Assembly: GCA_964016885.1 (NCBI GenBank)
Contig: OZ024753.1
Location: 46,810,001 to 46,874,000 of the forward strand
Source of the DNA: Eledone cirrhosa
Taxonomy: Eukaryota
Reading direction: 5' to 3'
DNA length: 64,000 nucleotides
A model generated the notes under the pieces. The model searched no databases. It was not told the DNA's origin and saw only the letters and a list, made by a program, of their open reading frames with translations. Below, piece by piece: positions 35,003-50,716 of this stretch. Both the position numbers and the translations under genes were made by a program. Each line of letters starts with the position of its first letter. Positions within the stretch are counted from its first letter, which is position 1.

Positions 35003-37494
35003 TACAATACAAAACCTCTGAGAATGATTTCTAAGATATTTCACCATAATTAATTTTCATCAATATATATTAATATTATTATTGTTTATTAGGTCAGGTG
35101 GATTGGCCAGAACAATTCTACTCTTCTTTTTTAGATGTCACGATTTTTCATGGCATTCCTGAGATCATTAATCTCCAGCTGGAGATCCAGAGACATCTGA
35201 TGTATGTAGGTGAACCTCAGTCATCCCACTTGGCTCTTACTATGTTTAGGTATCCACCACAGGAGCCAGCTCATCAGGTCATCCTACCCTCAGCAGCAAT
35301 GTCCAGCATCTATTGATTTCCGCTCCCTAGTTATTGTGGTAATCTTCGATATCTGGGAATATATTTCTTCTGCTTAAGGGAGTAATAAATATATAGTTTT
35401 AAAAAAAACATATATATACACACACATATATATATGTTGTCATTTATAAGAGTTCTCTATCAAAAGCCTTCTCTATGTCCAAAGCTAAGTATAGTGGCTT
35501 ATTTTTCTCTAAGAACCTCTTTTGTAGTTGTCTCACTAAGAAGAGGGCATCTGTTGCACTTTTCAGCGGCTTAATTAATTAATGAGGTTTAATTAATGAG
35601 GAATTTTGAGGTATTTATAACAATTATTAATTATTTCATTACTGAGATATCATTTGAAGGACTTACTAATGTTTTTATTTATTAATTATTTTATTAGTAA
35701 CTTAACATGTGGTTCTTGTATAAAATTATGTTGGAAGATTTTAGGAAGATGCTATGTAGCCGGTCGCGGTAAAATAGACGCCCAGGCTATGTAGCCGGTA
35801 AGAGTGTCAGACTCCATGTGTTGCGGCCCTTTATGGTCTGAGTTAAGACAATTTAAAATCTTTTCCACCATCAATTGTTAAAAAACAAGTTAAAATCATT
35901 TTGTCGTCCATTTGTAACGTACGTTACACTTTAGTTACATACACATATACTATGTTACATACACACATCTACTGTGTTACATACACACACATCAACTGGG
36001 TTATATACACACACATCTACTGCGTTACATACACATCTACTGTGTTACACACACATCTACTGTGTTACATACACACACATCTACTGAGTTACATACACAC
36101 ACATCTACTGTGTTACATACACACACATCTTCTGTGTTACATACACACATCTACTATGTTACATACACACATCTACTGTGTTACATACACACACCTGTGT
36201 TACATACACACACATCTACTGAGTTACATACACACAGATCTACTGTGTTACATACACACACATCTACTGTGTTACACACATCTTCTATGTTACATACACA
36301 CAATCTACTGTGTTACATACACACATCTACTGAGTTACATACACACACATCTACTGAGTTACATACACACACATGTACTGTGTTACATACACACATCTAC
36401 TGTGTTACATACATACACATCTACTGTGTTACATACATACACATCTACTGTTACATACACACATCTACCGTGTTACACACACACATCTACCGTGTTACAC
36501 ACACACATCTACCGTGTTACACACACACATCTACCGTGTTACACACACACATCTACTGAGTTACATACACATATACTGAGTTACATGCAAACACACATCT
36601 ACTCTGTTACATATACACATCTACTGTGTTACATACACATCTACTGTGATACACACACACACATCTACTCATACATATTCATAAATAGACACACATTATA
36701 CAAATAATTATTACATACACACACATCTCTGTAATAATTCAGGAAGGAAGGGGCTGGTGAAACGCTATAGCAATGTGTGTGTGTTGTGTACCTTTCAGGT
36801 TTACCGGTTTCGTAGCCTATTTGAAGATTTTATTATAATTATGAACCTTATAATTCAATTAATTATGAATAATTTTGAGCTATTTATCACAATTGTTAGT
36901 TAATTACTAACATAGTAACTTACCATATGGTTGTTATATAGAATTTTGTTGGAAGACTTTAATTTAGATAGGAACCATTTCCATAGTACGAGAACTAATT
37001 TTGGCTGGGTTTCTACCAAAAGGGTTAATGAAGAATTTTGAACAATTTACTAAAATTATTAATTATTTCATTACTAAGATAATGTGTGAATACACAATTA
37101 TATGTGTGTATATATATATAAACAGTATATATATATATAGTATATATATATATAAACAGTATATATATATATAGTATATATATATATAAACAGTATATAT
37201 ATAGTATACAAAAGATGTAGTGGGATAGTGTGTAGTCTTAAGACAAGTCTGTCCAGATAGCTGCGCTGTAACTTACACTTATTGGGACTGTGTGTTGGCA
37301 AGCAGGCCTGTATTTTGGGATCTAGCTGGTCCATTATGAGGGAGGTCTGGTTAGTTGGCAGCACCATGCCTTACTTGTGGTATATGTATGTATAGAAATA
37401 AGTTATTGTATATGCATAACTGTCCATCTATATGTATACATGTATGTTTACTTATATCTTTGCATACATATATACATTTTCAGATGTATACACG

Positions 37495-39416
37495 TAATGG
37501 TCACCCGGATAGTAAACCAAGTCATACAGAATGGGGTTGTTCTGAAGGACTGGCGTAGCAGCATCATCATTAACTGTTACAAGGGTAAAGGAGATGCCCT
37601 AGATAGGAGTAACTATAGAGGCATTAAATTAATCGACCAGGTCATGAAGGTCACGGAAAAAGTAATAGCGCAACTAATCAGAGAGAGAATTGATCTAGAT
37701 GAAATGCAGTTCGGGTTTGTGTCAGGTAAAAGTACCACAGACGCTCTTTTCATTGTACGACAACTACAGGAGAAGTACCTAGTTAAAAGTAAACCCCTAT
37801 ACTTAGCTTTTGTTGACTTGGAGAAAGCCTTCGACAGAGTCCCCCGTTCCATTATCTGGTGGGCTCTTAGAAAACTAGGTGTTGAGGAATGGCTTGTGAG
37901 AGCTATACGAGCCATGTATAAAGAAACAGTCAGCAAGGTTAGAATTAACAACGAATATAGTGAAGAGTTTAGCGTAAAAGTTGGTGTTCATCAGGGCTCC
38001 GTCCTTAGCCCCCTACTATTTATTATTGCCCTTCAGGCTATAACAGTGGAGTTCAAGACCGGCTGCCCATGGGAACTCCTATACGCAGATGATCTAACGC
38101 TCATAGCTGAATCAATGGCCGAGCTAGAGAAGAAATTCCAAACATGGAAGCAAGGCTTAGAATCAGAAGGCCTTAAAATTAACCTGGCTAAGACTAAAGT
38201 TCTAGTTTGTAGGAAAGAAAATAAGGCGCCGGTCCCTTCCGGGAAATGGCCATGCTCAGTGTGTAGGAAAGGCGTAGGTAGAAACTCCATTTTATGTCCC
38301 AAATGCAAAGTATGGGTTCATAAAAGATGTAGTGGGATCACAGGTAAGCTAACTAAGAACATAGATTTTACATGTGGCCGGTGCTCTGGTGCAATAAGTA
38401 GCAGCAAGTGCCCACAAAATACTAGCTCTTTCAATTGCGCAGAGGGTTCTATAGAAATAGTGGACAGCTTCCGTTACCTGGGTGACAAAATCAGCAGTGG
38501 GGGAGGGTGCTCTGAAAGTACAGTAGCTAGAGTCAGAACTGGATGGAAAAAGTTCAGAGAGCTTATACCACTATTAGCCGCTAAAGGGTTCTCCCTAAAA
38601 ATGAAAGGCAGGTTGTATGATGCCTGCATATGAACAGCAATGTTGCATGGCAGTGAGACCTGGGCATTGTGTGCAGAGGATATACGCAGACTAGAGAGGA
38701 ACGAAGCTTGCATGCTTCGCTGGATGTGTAATAGTAATATATGTGAACGGCAAAGCATAAACGAACTAAGGGAAAAATTAGAAATAAGAGGGATCAGATG
38801 TTGTGTACTCGAGAGAAGACTACGTTGGTATGGTCCACGTGATGCGGATGAAAGACGACAGCTGTATAAAAAAAATGCAGGGCAATAAAGATAGACGGTA
38901 GCCACGGAGTAGGCAGACCCAGAAAAACCTGGGACGACTTGATAAATTCCGACCTCACACACTTACACCTCTCCAAGACAATGTCACTGGACCGAGATCT
39001 TTGGCGGTACTCAGTAATAGAGAAGACCCGCCTTACCTAGATACAAAGTAAAACCTACTACAGTCAGTAGGCACCTCTAACAAAATACACCCCCACCCCA
39101 TCCACACCGCCCCTTTCAATGTAAAGTTATGTTGGTGCCACAACATCCAGGCCGAAACAAATGAGGTCGTGTAGGTGTCACGACAAAAAAAAAAAACACA
39201 GTCCACGCAGTAATGTGGCCGTGTAGGTAACACGGTAAAAACCTCCCAGTCCCACACTGTAAATGCGGTTGGTGTTAGGAAGGGCATCCAGCTGTAGAAA
39301 ACCCGCCAGACAGTCCTATGCGAGCAAGACAACCACTCTTGCCTCAAGTGGGAAAATTCCCGTCCAAACCCATGCAAGCGTGGAATATGGACGTTAAACG
39401 ATGATGATGATGATGA

Positions 39417-39419
<3 letters not shown>
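37495..39419 (+). mobile_element. 5'-truncated RTE LINE, unit 3
   Basis: The 418-aa ORF is identical to that in unit 2, with the same lesions. Confidence 0.93.
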
Positions 39420-39447
<28 letters not shown>

Positions 39448-39450
<3 letters not shown>

Positions 39451-40572
39451 CTTTGACATTTCTTAGAAAAAAAATGAAAAAGTTTTGTGAGAACCCCAAT
39501 GTTTATTTATTTTATTTTATTTTTAAATAAAATTAATAACATTAATTTTATTTTGAAATTAGGTTTATAAATATTAATTATCAGCAGACCTTTGTAGCAG
39601 TCTTGGCGGCTTAGTGGGAAGTACCAGAGATGGTGAGGTCCTTGTCTGTAGGTTCAATCCTGGTCTGGGAGTTCAATCATTGCTGTAATGTGTCCTGTTA
39701 ATCTTTTTTTAAATTTTCCTCAGAAAAAACTGAAAATCTTTGGTGAGAACCCCAATGTCTATTTATCTAATATAATTTAATTTATTTTATTTTATTTTAC
39801 TTTAGTTAAATTGTCAAAACCACTGGTGATCTAAAGTTAGAGGAGACAGATAAAATAGACATATTGTCTCCTCAACCTTTAGATCTTCAGTGTTTTCGAC
39901 AATTTAACTAAAATAAAAAATTAAATTCAATATAATTAAATAAATAGGGGTTCTCTTTTTCAAAGAGATATAGAAAGAAAATTATAAAAGATTAACATGA
40001 CACCTTACATGTATCTCATGGACCAGGATTGAACCTGAGTCCCCAATTCAACCCTCAGACCAGGATTGAACACCCAGAACAGGATCTCACCATCTCTGGT
40101 ACTTCCCACAAAGCTACCGAGACTGATACAAAGATGTACTGAAATTTAATATTTATAAACCTACTTTCAAAATAAAATTAAAAATAAAATATATATATAT
40201 ATATATTCCTTTGACATTTCTTAGAAAAAAGAACTGAAAAAGTTTTGTGAGAACGCCAATGTCTATTTATTTTATTTTATTTTTAATTAAATTAGTTATA
40301 TTTTGAAAGTAGGTTTATAAATATTAATTTTCAATAGACCTTTGTAGCAGTCTTGGTGGCTTAGTGGGAAGTACCAGAGATGGTGAGATCCTTGTCTGTA
40401 AGTTCAATTCTTGCTTGGAGACATGTCTAATGTGTCCTATTAATCTTTTTTTAATTTTCCTTTTACATCTCTTAGAAATAACTGAAAATCTTTGGTGAGA
40501 ACCCCAATGTCTATTTATCTAATATAATTAATTTAATTTAATTTAATTTAATTTTTATTTTAGTGAAACCAC
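39448..40572. repeat. Foldback triplication, unit 3
   Basis: Near-identical to 29614-30738. Confidence 0.88.
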
Positions 40573-41013
40573 TGTTGTATTCAAGAGACCAGGTGGAGGG
40601 GTGGGTCTGCTAGATTCATCGTGGGTAAAGAACGGTGCTATGAACTTTTCTGGGTGGGAAATGACAATGGGCTGGGTATACACATACCACCCCACCACCC
40701 CACCGTAAAGTGGTCGTGGAGGCGCCACGGCAAAAAAGCACCCAGCCCGCTCTGTAAAGCTGACGTGGAGGTGCCACGGAAAAAAAAAAAGCACCCAGCA
40801 CTCACTGCAAACTGGGTTGGCGTCAGGAAGGGCACCCAGCTGTAGAAACCAATCCAGAATCAGCTCCCACCCCACCCTTGCAAGCATGGAAAAGCGGACG
40901 TATGATGAAGTTGATATATATATATATATATTAGTATATATATACACATACATATGTACACATATACACATACATATATATATATATATACACACACATA
41001 TATATCAGTGTAC

Positions 41014-41048
<35 letters not shown>

Positions 41049-42787
41049 AATGAATATTTATTCAATTTAAAGCGCCAATTATCTATATATAACAAGATAT
41101 GAATTTTTCTAGGGATGGGGAAATTTTCAGTTTGTTTTTATATTTTCACTTCATTTTTTACTTTCTATTTAATACAGTCTTTGATCCAATATAATCCTGA
41201 CAGTATTTGAACCAGTTTACCTCATATATATGTATGCACACACAACACTCAAGTTTCGCCATCTACTGCTATTTCATTCATATTTATTGTTTAATTAACT
41301 CTGGTCTAATTCATCAACTATTGTTAATTATATTATTACGTAGATTTCTTATAAAATCTAGTGCATATATACGTGTATATATACAGGGAGACACTGTGTA
41401 ATAGATGTAAAGAGAGTGGGAGATAGAGTTATAGAAGTAAAGAGAGGGAGAGAAATAAGCGGTAGATAGAGCAATAGATGTAAAGAGAGGGTTAGAACGT
41501 TCAACTTGACAGTCAGTACATATGCCAACTACCCAACCGGCCAGCCAGCCGCATATGCGGTTGACTGGCCAGTTGGGCGGTTGGTATGTGGAACGTTCAA
41601 CTATGCAGTCAGTACCAAAGTTCAACATTGTAGCCAGTGCATATGCCGATCGCCGCGACCTCTTTGCTCTATTTAAATGACCTGGAACTAAGTAAAAAGA
41701 GTAGGAGATAACTCGACAAGAGCGGAGAGGGTGAGATTCGAACCATGTAAAGTCGTTGGCTCCTGAAGTTCGTAAGCGGGGCTGCTACTGACTGATCAAC
41801 GCCGGCAGCAAGGCAAATCGCGCATAAAATAACGCTTATATTGAGAAAATAAAACAAAAATTTCAATGTTGCACTCTTGTTTGTTGTTCTTTTATTTTAC
41901 GTAAATATTTCGCTGCTCTAGCCTCTTATTTCCTATTAGATTACACTTAATTCCATTAAACATTCATTCTTAGTCTCGTGGTAAACTATTTCATCTATAT
42001 TTATATCGCTGTTACAGCCTTTTATTTCTACATCTATCACCTATAGCCACTGTTACGCCGGTAGTATAAGTAGCTTTATAACAAGAAACGATGATATAAC
42101 TCCACAAAATGTCTTCTTGAGCAAGACACTTCACCTCATATTGCTCCAGTACACCGAGTTACACATAGACAGATACATACATACACATATATATGTACAC
42201 AGATAGAAATAAGAGGGAGATAGAGTAAAAGATGGAAAGATAGTGTAAAAGATTTAAAGAGAGGGTGAGAGTGTGACACACATTTATCTGTCTATCTCTC
42301 TCTATTTTAACACCGGTCGTTATAATTAGTTTTATAACACCGCTATATTACCGACATGAAAGAGGTAAATAATTATTTCTTAAATGTTTAGAACATGTTT
42401 CTCTTGTCTTCTTAAATGTATAGAACATGTTTCTTATTTATATTCTTAACATAGCTAGGACCTTATCTCATTTACTGGTCTCTACTTTTAGGGCTTTGCT
42501 GGTCCCATGTGCCCTCCATGAAGACACACTCGCCCCTTCTCTCTCAGTCTCCGTACTAATTACTACACATACGTATATATATTTATTTTAAGAAACCTTA
42601 ATGACAAATAATATAAAGTGTTTGTAAAGTGGGGAAGAGTAGTTTTACGGTGGGGTTGTTATATAGATATCGTTTTTGCAGTGGGGTCGTGACTGGCGTA
42701 TAATAATGAGTCACTGTTGATGTATATACAAATCATATTTTGGATATAAGTGAAGTTATTTAAGAGATTTAGTTGTTTTGTATACAT

Positions 42788-44793
42788 TCATAACGGTACG
42801 CGATGGGACCCACCCACAGCCCCGGCGGACAGAATGGAGAAGGCGTTTCCCCGGAGCACGGCAAGGGAGACGCGCTGGAAAAGCCACTCCAACTCGCGGG
42901 GCTCACACCTGCGGCTGGCCAGCTCAGCGCCTATGGTGGTGAGTAAGGAGGTAGCCCTGGGGCCGAGGACACCAGAAGTCTCCACTTCCAGGGGTACGAC
43001 CGCAAACCTGTCGGAGAGTGAACGATATGTGAGCAGTTTGGCCCTCTCAGCCTGACGTGCAGCAGAACCTGGGCCAGTCGCAGACTGCACCAGGTTGCGG
43101 CTGCAGAAAGTGTCGGTGCAAGTGGCATCCCAGACGAGGGGTTTGCCACCGCGGAACGGGAAGATGGTCATGCCATCTGGCCTTTTGCCGTCCCCTGGAG
43201 CTGGGAAGGGAAGCCTGCAGCGTCCAAGCCATGCTTAATGATTTCGTTGAGGGCAGCATGGCGTGGATTGCGGCTGGCACTGTGGCGACAGGAAAGCGGG
43301 TGGAGGCCGAAAGAGTCCATGGTGGAACGGCAGCGACATTGGTGTGAGGCCGAGCCTCAGGGAAACGCCGATGCGCAAGCTATGGTTGTCTAGCTGCGTG
43401 CGAGTGGAGAAGGAGGGCAGGGCATGGAGCCAGGCCCCACTGTGGGGTTTGGAGGCCGCACGAAAACAAACAAGGCGGTGCTGGTCGAGCTGGCACGTGA
43501 GCCTGTCTGAGGCCAGGCTGCACTGGATGGCATCCCAAGTGTGTTGGGGGGGGACTTGACGTCAACAGGGGGAGAAGGAGGAGGAACGTCTACTGGGCTA
43601 AGTCCCAGCCGGTGCCACGTCTCACAGGCGGCCACGCGTTCTCTGAACACAGAGGGTTCTGTTGTGTTTTGAAGAACCCTGCTGAGGTGGACGTGGTACG
43701 AGGTTACCGACGAAAGATACGCCGGCAAAGCTAGTGAGATCGGGGACTGGAGGCGAAGGTCGCCATACCTGATAGGTAAAGTTGCATATCTCATCGGCTG
43801 CTGCTCGGATACAAGTCTGGGTGTAGCACAGAGTGTATAGAGGAGCTTCGGCATGGCGTAGCAGTTCCTCAGCAGAAAGAGAACTGGGTGGCCATCAATC
43901 AAGCCCAGTCGGCTCGTGAGAGTCTGAACTTGATGGTGGAGCGGATGGCCGGCGGGTGGATCGGTGAGGGCATCCTCTTTGGGGGTCACCTGAACCTGGC
44001 GGAGAATGGACCGCACGTCCAAGACGGAGACTGCAAAGCTTGCAGCATCGAGGCTGACATTCACCACCTCCGACTTGGCTGAGTTGACCTGGAGGTCGAT
44101 TCCCGCCAGCGCAGGAACCACCGATTGAAGGTCATGGCAGACCGCCTGTACGGGCCCACCCAAAGTAGCATCATCCAGATACCAAACGTTGAGAGGGGCC
44201 GTTATACTCCGGGCGATGTGGTCAATACCAAGGGTGAACAGGAGGGGTCCCAAAGGGTTGCCCTGTTGGATCCCAGTAGCCAAGGGTATGACCGCACCAG
44301 CAGCATGTCGCATGCTCGGGGCTCCATATGACAGCTAGGCAGAGGGGGCTCGGCTGAGGCAGGCCTCGAGCAGATGATCCCAGCGTAAAGAGTTGAAGGC
44401 ATTCCTCATGTCAAACTTGACAATGAGGTGGCTGGAGTCCCTGGATGCCGGTTCCGAGTGTTACGGACTTGCAGGTTACCTTGGCAGCCAGCCTCCGGAA
44501 GACATTGCCCACAGCAATGGGGCGTATGCCACCCTCTTTCTTCCTGAGAGCGGTGAAGCTGGCTGAAAAAAAGAGGCCTCGAGCATAAGAGTCCAGGGCG
44601 CCATGGATGAGCCTATTGGTGAGCGCCACAATTGCACTCAGAAGGCGGCGCCCGGCCTCAGCGGAGAGGGGAGATATCAACTCCTTGAGGAGGCCTGGTC
44701 AGAGACCATCAACATCACCGCAGCTGCTAGCTGGGAAGGACCTGATGGCGGACATGATGTCTGCATCAGAAGCCACAAGGAGCAAGTGTGGAT
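42788..44793 (-). mobile_element. CRE-clade remnant, unit 4
   Basis: ORFs 44411..44680, 43390..44313 and 42788..43171. Confidence 0.88.
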
Positions 44794-45437
44794 TACAATA
44801 CAAAACCTCTGAGAATGATTTCTAAGATATTTCACCATAATTATTTTTCATCAATATATATTAATATTATTATTGTTTATTAGGTCAGGTGGATTGGCCA
44901 GAACAATTCTACTCTTCTTTTTTAGATGTCACGATTTTTCATGGCATTCCTGAGATCATTAATCTCCAGCTGGAGATCCAGAGACATCTGATGTATGTAG
45001 GTGAACCTCAGTCATCCCACTTGGCTCTTACTATGTTTAGGTATCCACCACAGGAGCCAGCTCATCAGGTCATCCTACCCTCAGCAGCAATGTCCAGCAT
45101 CTATTGATTTCCGCTCCCTAGTTATTGTGGTAATCTTCGATATCTGGGAATATATTTCTTCTGCTTAAGGGAGTAATAAATATATAGTTTTAAAAAAAAC
45201 ATATATATACACACACATATATATATGTTGTCATTTATAAGAGTTCTCTATCAAAAGCCTTCTCTATGTCCAAAGCTAAGTATAGTGGCTTATTTTTCTC
45301 TAAGAACCTCTTTTGTAGTTGTCTCACTAAGAAGAGGGCATCTGTTGCACTTTTCAGCGGCACAAAACCAAACTGCATCTCATACACATACATACATATA
45401 CATACATACATACATACATATACACATACATACATAC

Positions 45438-45776
45438 ATCATCATCATTTCGTTTTAAGTCCGCTTTTTCCCTGCTTGTAAGGGTGGGACGGGAACTGAT
45501 TCTGGCTTGATTTCTACAGCTGGATGCCCTTCCTAACACCAACCTCATTTACAGTGAGTGCTGAGTGCTTTTTTGCCGTGGCACCTCCACGACCACTTTG
45601 CAGTGGAATGATATGGACCCCAGTCCCTATCATCTCATTTCTACAGCTGAGTAAACTGGAGCAATGTGAAATAAAGTGTCTTGCTCAAGGAAACAACACA
45701 TCACCCGGTCTGAGAATTGAACTCACAACTTTTCGATTGCCAGGCCAATGCTCGAACCACTAAGCCATGTGCCTCC
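45438..45776 (-). mobile_element. Same SINE, unit 4
   Basis: Near-identical to 19929-20279. Confidence 0.85.
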
Positions 45777-46818
45777 ATATACATATACATATACATATAC
45801 ATACACATACATATACATACATATATATATACATACATACATATATACACATACATACATACACATACATACACATATACATACATATACATACATAGAT
45901 ATATATATATACATAATATAAATATACATACATACACATACATAAGCATATACACATAAGTATATATACATATACACACGTATATATACATATACATACA
46001 TACATATATACACATACATACATATATACATACATACACACATATATACATATACACATACATACATATACATACATATACACATACATACATATATATA
46101 TATATACATACACACACATATATACATACACACACATATATACAAACACATACATATACACATATATACACATACATACACATACATATACATACATATA
46201 CACATATACACTCATATATACATATACATACATACACACACATACATACATATATACATATACATACATAAAGACAAATCCACCTCATGGACGAGAATGC
46301 AAGGGCTCCTCCTCTTTGTTTCGGCCGCGGATGGCTAACCCTAACCCCATCCCCGCTCCCCACCGCTCCCAACCTCCAAACGCAATCCAAAACTTCAGAG
46401 TTGGTACCATTAATGTAGGCACCTTATAGGGTGGCTCTAACGAGGTTGTAGAAATGCTTGAACGTAAGGAGGTCGATGTTTGTTGTATTCAAGAGACCAG
46501 GTGGAGGGGTGGGTCTGCTAGATTCATCGTGGGTAAAGAACGATGCTATAAGCTTTTCTGTGTGGCAAATGACAATGGGCTGGGTATACACATACCACCC
46601 CACCACCCCACCGCAAAGTGGTCGTGGAGGCGCCGCGGCAAAAAAGCACCCAGCCCACACTGTAAAGCTGACGTGGAGGTGCCACGGAAAAAAAAAAGCA
46701 CCCAGCACTCACTGCAAACGGGGTTGGCGTCGGGAAGGGCACCCAGCTGTAGAAACCAATCCAGAATCAGCTCCCACCCCACCCTTGCAAGCATGGAAAA
46801 GCGGACGTATGATGAAGT

Positions 46819-46883
<65 letters not shown>

Positions 46884-48736
46884 TATATATATACACATAT
46901 ATATATATATACACACATATATATCAGTGTACATATATATATACATATATATATATATATAAATGAATATTTATTCAATTTAAAGCGCCAATTATCTATA
47001 TATAACAAGATATGAATTTTTCTAGGGATGGGGAAATTTTCAGTTTGTTTTTATATTTTCACTTCATTTTTTACTTTCTATTTAATACAGTCTTTGATCC
47101 AATATAATCCTGACAGTATTTGAACCAGTTTACCTCATATATATGTATGCACACACAACACTCAAGTTTCGCCATCTACTGCTATTTCATTCATATTTAT
47201 TGTTTAATTAACTCTGGTCTAATTCATCAACTATTGTTAATTATATTATTACGTAGATTTCTTATAAAATCTAGTGCATATATACGTGTATATATACAGG
47301 GAGACACTGTAATAGATGTAAAGAGAGTGGGAGATAGAGTTATAGAAGTAAAGAGAGGGGGAGAAATAAGCGGTAGATAGAGTAATAGATGTAAAGAGAG
47401 GGTTAGAACGTTCAACTTGACAGTCAGTACAATGTTCAGCATGGTAGCCAGTACATATGCCAACTACCCAACCGGCCAGCCAGCCGCATATGCGGTTGAC
47501 TGGCCAGTTGGGCGGTTGGTATGTGGAACGTTCAACTACGCAGTCAGTACCAAAGTTCAACATTGTAGCCAGTGCATATGCCGATCGCCGCGCCCTCTTT
47601 GCTCTATTTAAATGACCTGGAACTAAGTAAAAAGAGTAGGAGATAACTCGACAAGAGCGGAGAGGTTGAGATTCGAACCATGTAAAGTCGTTGGCTCCTG
47701 AAGTTCGTAAGCGGGGCTGCTACTGACTGAGCAGCGCCGGCAGCAAGTCAAATCGCGCATAAAATATGGCTTATATCGACAAAAAAAAAAAAAAAATTTC
47801 AATGTTGCACTCTTGTTTGTTGTTCTTTTATTTTACGTAAACATTTCGCTGCTCTAGCCTCTTATTTCCTATTAGATTACACTTAATTCCATTAAACATT
47901 CATTCTTAGTCTCGTGGTAAACTATTTCATCTATATTTATATCGCTGTTACAGCCTTTTATTTCTACATCTATCACCTATAGCCACTGTTACGCCGGTAG
48001 TATAAGTAGCTTTATAACAAGAAACGATGATATAACTCCACAAAATGTCTTCTTGAGTAAGACACTTCACTTCATATTGCTCCAGTACACCGAGTTACAC
48101 ATAGACAGATACATACATACATACACAGATAGAAATGAGAGGTAGATAGAGTAAAAGATTTAAAGAGAGTGTGAGAAGTACGAGTTAGATAATGTAAAAG
48201 ATTTAAAGAGAGGGTGAGAGTGTGACACACATTTATCTGTCTATCTCTCTCTATTTTAACACCGGTCGTTATAATTAGTTTTATAACACCGCTATATTAC
48301 CGACATGAAAGAGGTAAATAATTATTTCTTAAATGTTTAGAACATGTTTCTCTTGTCTTCTTAAATGTATAGAACATGTTTCTTATTTATATTCTTAACA
48401 TAGCTAGGACCTTATCTCATTTACTGGTCTCTACTTTTAGGACTTTGCTGGTCCCATGTGCCCTCCATGAAGACACACTCGCCCCTTCTCTCTCAGTCTC
48501 CGTACTAATTACTACACATACGTATATATATTTATTTTAAGAAACCTTAATGACAAATAATATAAAGTGTTTGTAAAGTGGGGAAGAGTAGTTTTACGGT
48601 GGGGTTGTTATATAGATATCGTTTTTGCAGTGGGGTCGTGACTGGCGTATAATAATGAGTCACTGTTGATGTATATACAAATCATGTTTTGGATATAAGT
48701 GAAGTTATTTAAGAGATTTAGTTGTTTTGTATACAT

Positions 48737-50716
48737 TCATAACGGTACGCGATGGGACCCACCCACAGCCCCGGCGGACAGAATGGAGAAGGCGTTTCCC
48801 CGGAGCACGGCAAGGGAGACGCGCTGGAAAAGCCACTCCAACTCGCGGGGCTCACACCTGCGGCTGGCCAGCTCAGCGCCTATGGTGGTGAGTAAGGAGG
48901 TAGCCCTGGGGCCGAGGACACCAGAAGTCTCCACTTCCAGGGGTACGACCGCAAACCTGTCGGAGAGTGAACGATATGTGAGGAGTTTGGCCCCCTCAGC
49001 CTGACGTGCAGCAGAACCTGGGCCAGTCGCAGACTGCACCAGGTTGCGGCTGCAGAAAGTGTCGGTGCAAGTGGCATCCCAGACGAGGGGTTTGCCACCG
49101 CGGAACGGGAAGATGGTCATGCCATCTAGCCTTTTGCCGTCCCCTCGAGCTGGGAAGGGAAGCCTGCAGCGTCCAAGCCATGCTTAATGACTTCGTTGAG
49201 GGCAGCATGGCGTGGATTGCGGGTGGAGGCCGAAAGAGTCCATGGTGGAACGGCAGCGACATTGGTGTGAGGCCGAGCCTCAGGGAAACGCCGATGCGCA
49301 AGCTATTGTTGTCTAGCTGCGTGCGAGTGGAGAAGGAGGGCAGGGCATGGAGCCAGGCCCCACTGTGGGGTTTGGAGGCTGCACGAAAACAAACAAGGCG
49401 GTGCTGGTCGAGCTGGCACGTGAGCCTGTCTGAGGCCAGGCTGCACTGGATGGCATCCCAAGTGTGTTGGGCGGGACTTGACGTCAACAGGGGGAGAAGG
49501 AGGAGGAACGTCTACTGGGCTAAGTCCCAGCCGGTGCCACGTCTCACAGGCGGCCAGGCGTTCTCTGAACACAGAGGGTTCTGTTGTGTTTTGAAGAACC
49601 CTGCTGAAGAGGACGTGGTACGAGGTTACCGACGAAAGATATGCCGGCAAAGCTAGTGAGATCGGGGACTGGAGGCGAAGGCCGCCATACCTGACAGGTA
49701 AAGTTGCATATCTCATCGGCTGCTGCTCGGATACAAGTTTAGGTGTAGCACAGAGTGTATAGAGGAGCTTCGGCATGGCGTAGCAGTTCCTCAGCAGAAA
49801 GAGAACTGGGTGGCCATCAATCAAGCCCAGTCGGCTCGTGAGAGTCTGGACTTGATGGAGGAGCGGATGGCCGGCGGGTGGATCGGTGAGGGCATCCTCT
49901 TTGGGGGGTCACCTGAACCTGGCGGAGAATGGACCGCACGTCCAAGACGGAGACTGCAAAGCTTGCAGCATCGAGGCTGACATTCACCACCTCCGACTTG
50001 GCTGAGTTGACCTGGAGGTCGATTCCCGCCAGGGCAGGAACCACCGATTGAAGGTCATGGCAGACCGCCTGTACGGGCCCACCCAAAGTAGCATCATCCA
50101 GATACCAAACGTTGAGAGGGGCCGTTATACTCCAGGCGATGTGGTCAATACCAAGGGTGAACAGGAGGGGTCCCAAAGGGTTGCCCTGTTGGATCCCAGT
50201 AGCCAAGGGTATGACCGTATCAGCAGCATGGCGCATGCTTGGGGCTCCATATGACAGGTAGGCAGAGGGGGCTCGGCTGAGGCAGGCCTCGAGCAGATGA
50301 TCCCAGCGTAAAGAGTTGAAGGCATTCCTCATGTCAAACTTGACAATGAGGTGGCTGGAGGCCCTGGATGCCGGTTCCGAGTGTTACGGACTTGCAGATT
50401 ACCTTGGCAGCCAGCCTCCGGAAGACATTGCCCACAGCAATGGGGCGTATGCCATCCTCTTTCTTCCTGAGAGCGGTGAGGCTGGCCGAAAAAAAGAGGC
50501 CTCGAGCATAAGAGTCCAGGGCGCCATGGATGAGCCTATTGGTGAGCGCCACAATTGCACTCAGAAGGCGGCGCCCGGCCTCAGCGGAGAGGGGAGATAT
50601 CAACTCCTTGAGGAGGCCTGGTCAGAGACCATCAACATCTCCGCAGCTGCTAGCTGGGAAGGACCTGATGGCGGACATGATGTCTGCATCAGAAGCCACA
50701 AGGAGCAAGTGTGGAT
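48737..50716 (-). mobile_element. CRE-clade remnant, unit 5
   Basis: ORFs 50334..50603, 49817..50332 and 48737..49120. Confidence 0.88.

Larger units (their letters stand above)
31222..41047. repeat. Array unit 3 (L type)
   Basis: Contains the L-specific block 35571-40572. Confidence 0.9.
41048..46960. repeat. Array unit 4 (S type)
   Basis: S-specific SINE/microsatellite block present; carries private variants shared with unit 7. Confidence 0.9.
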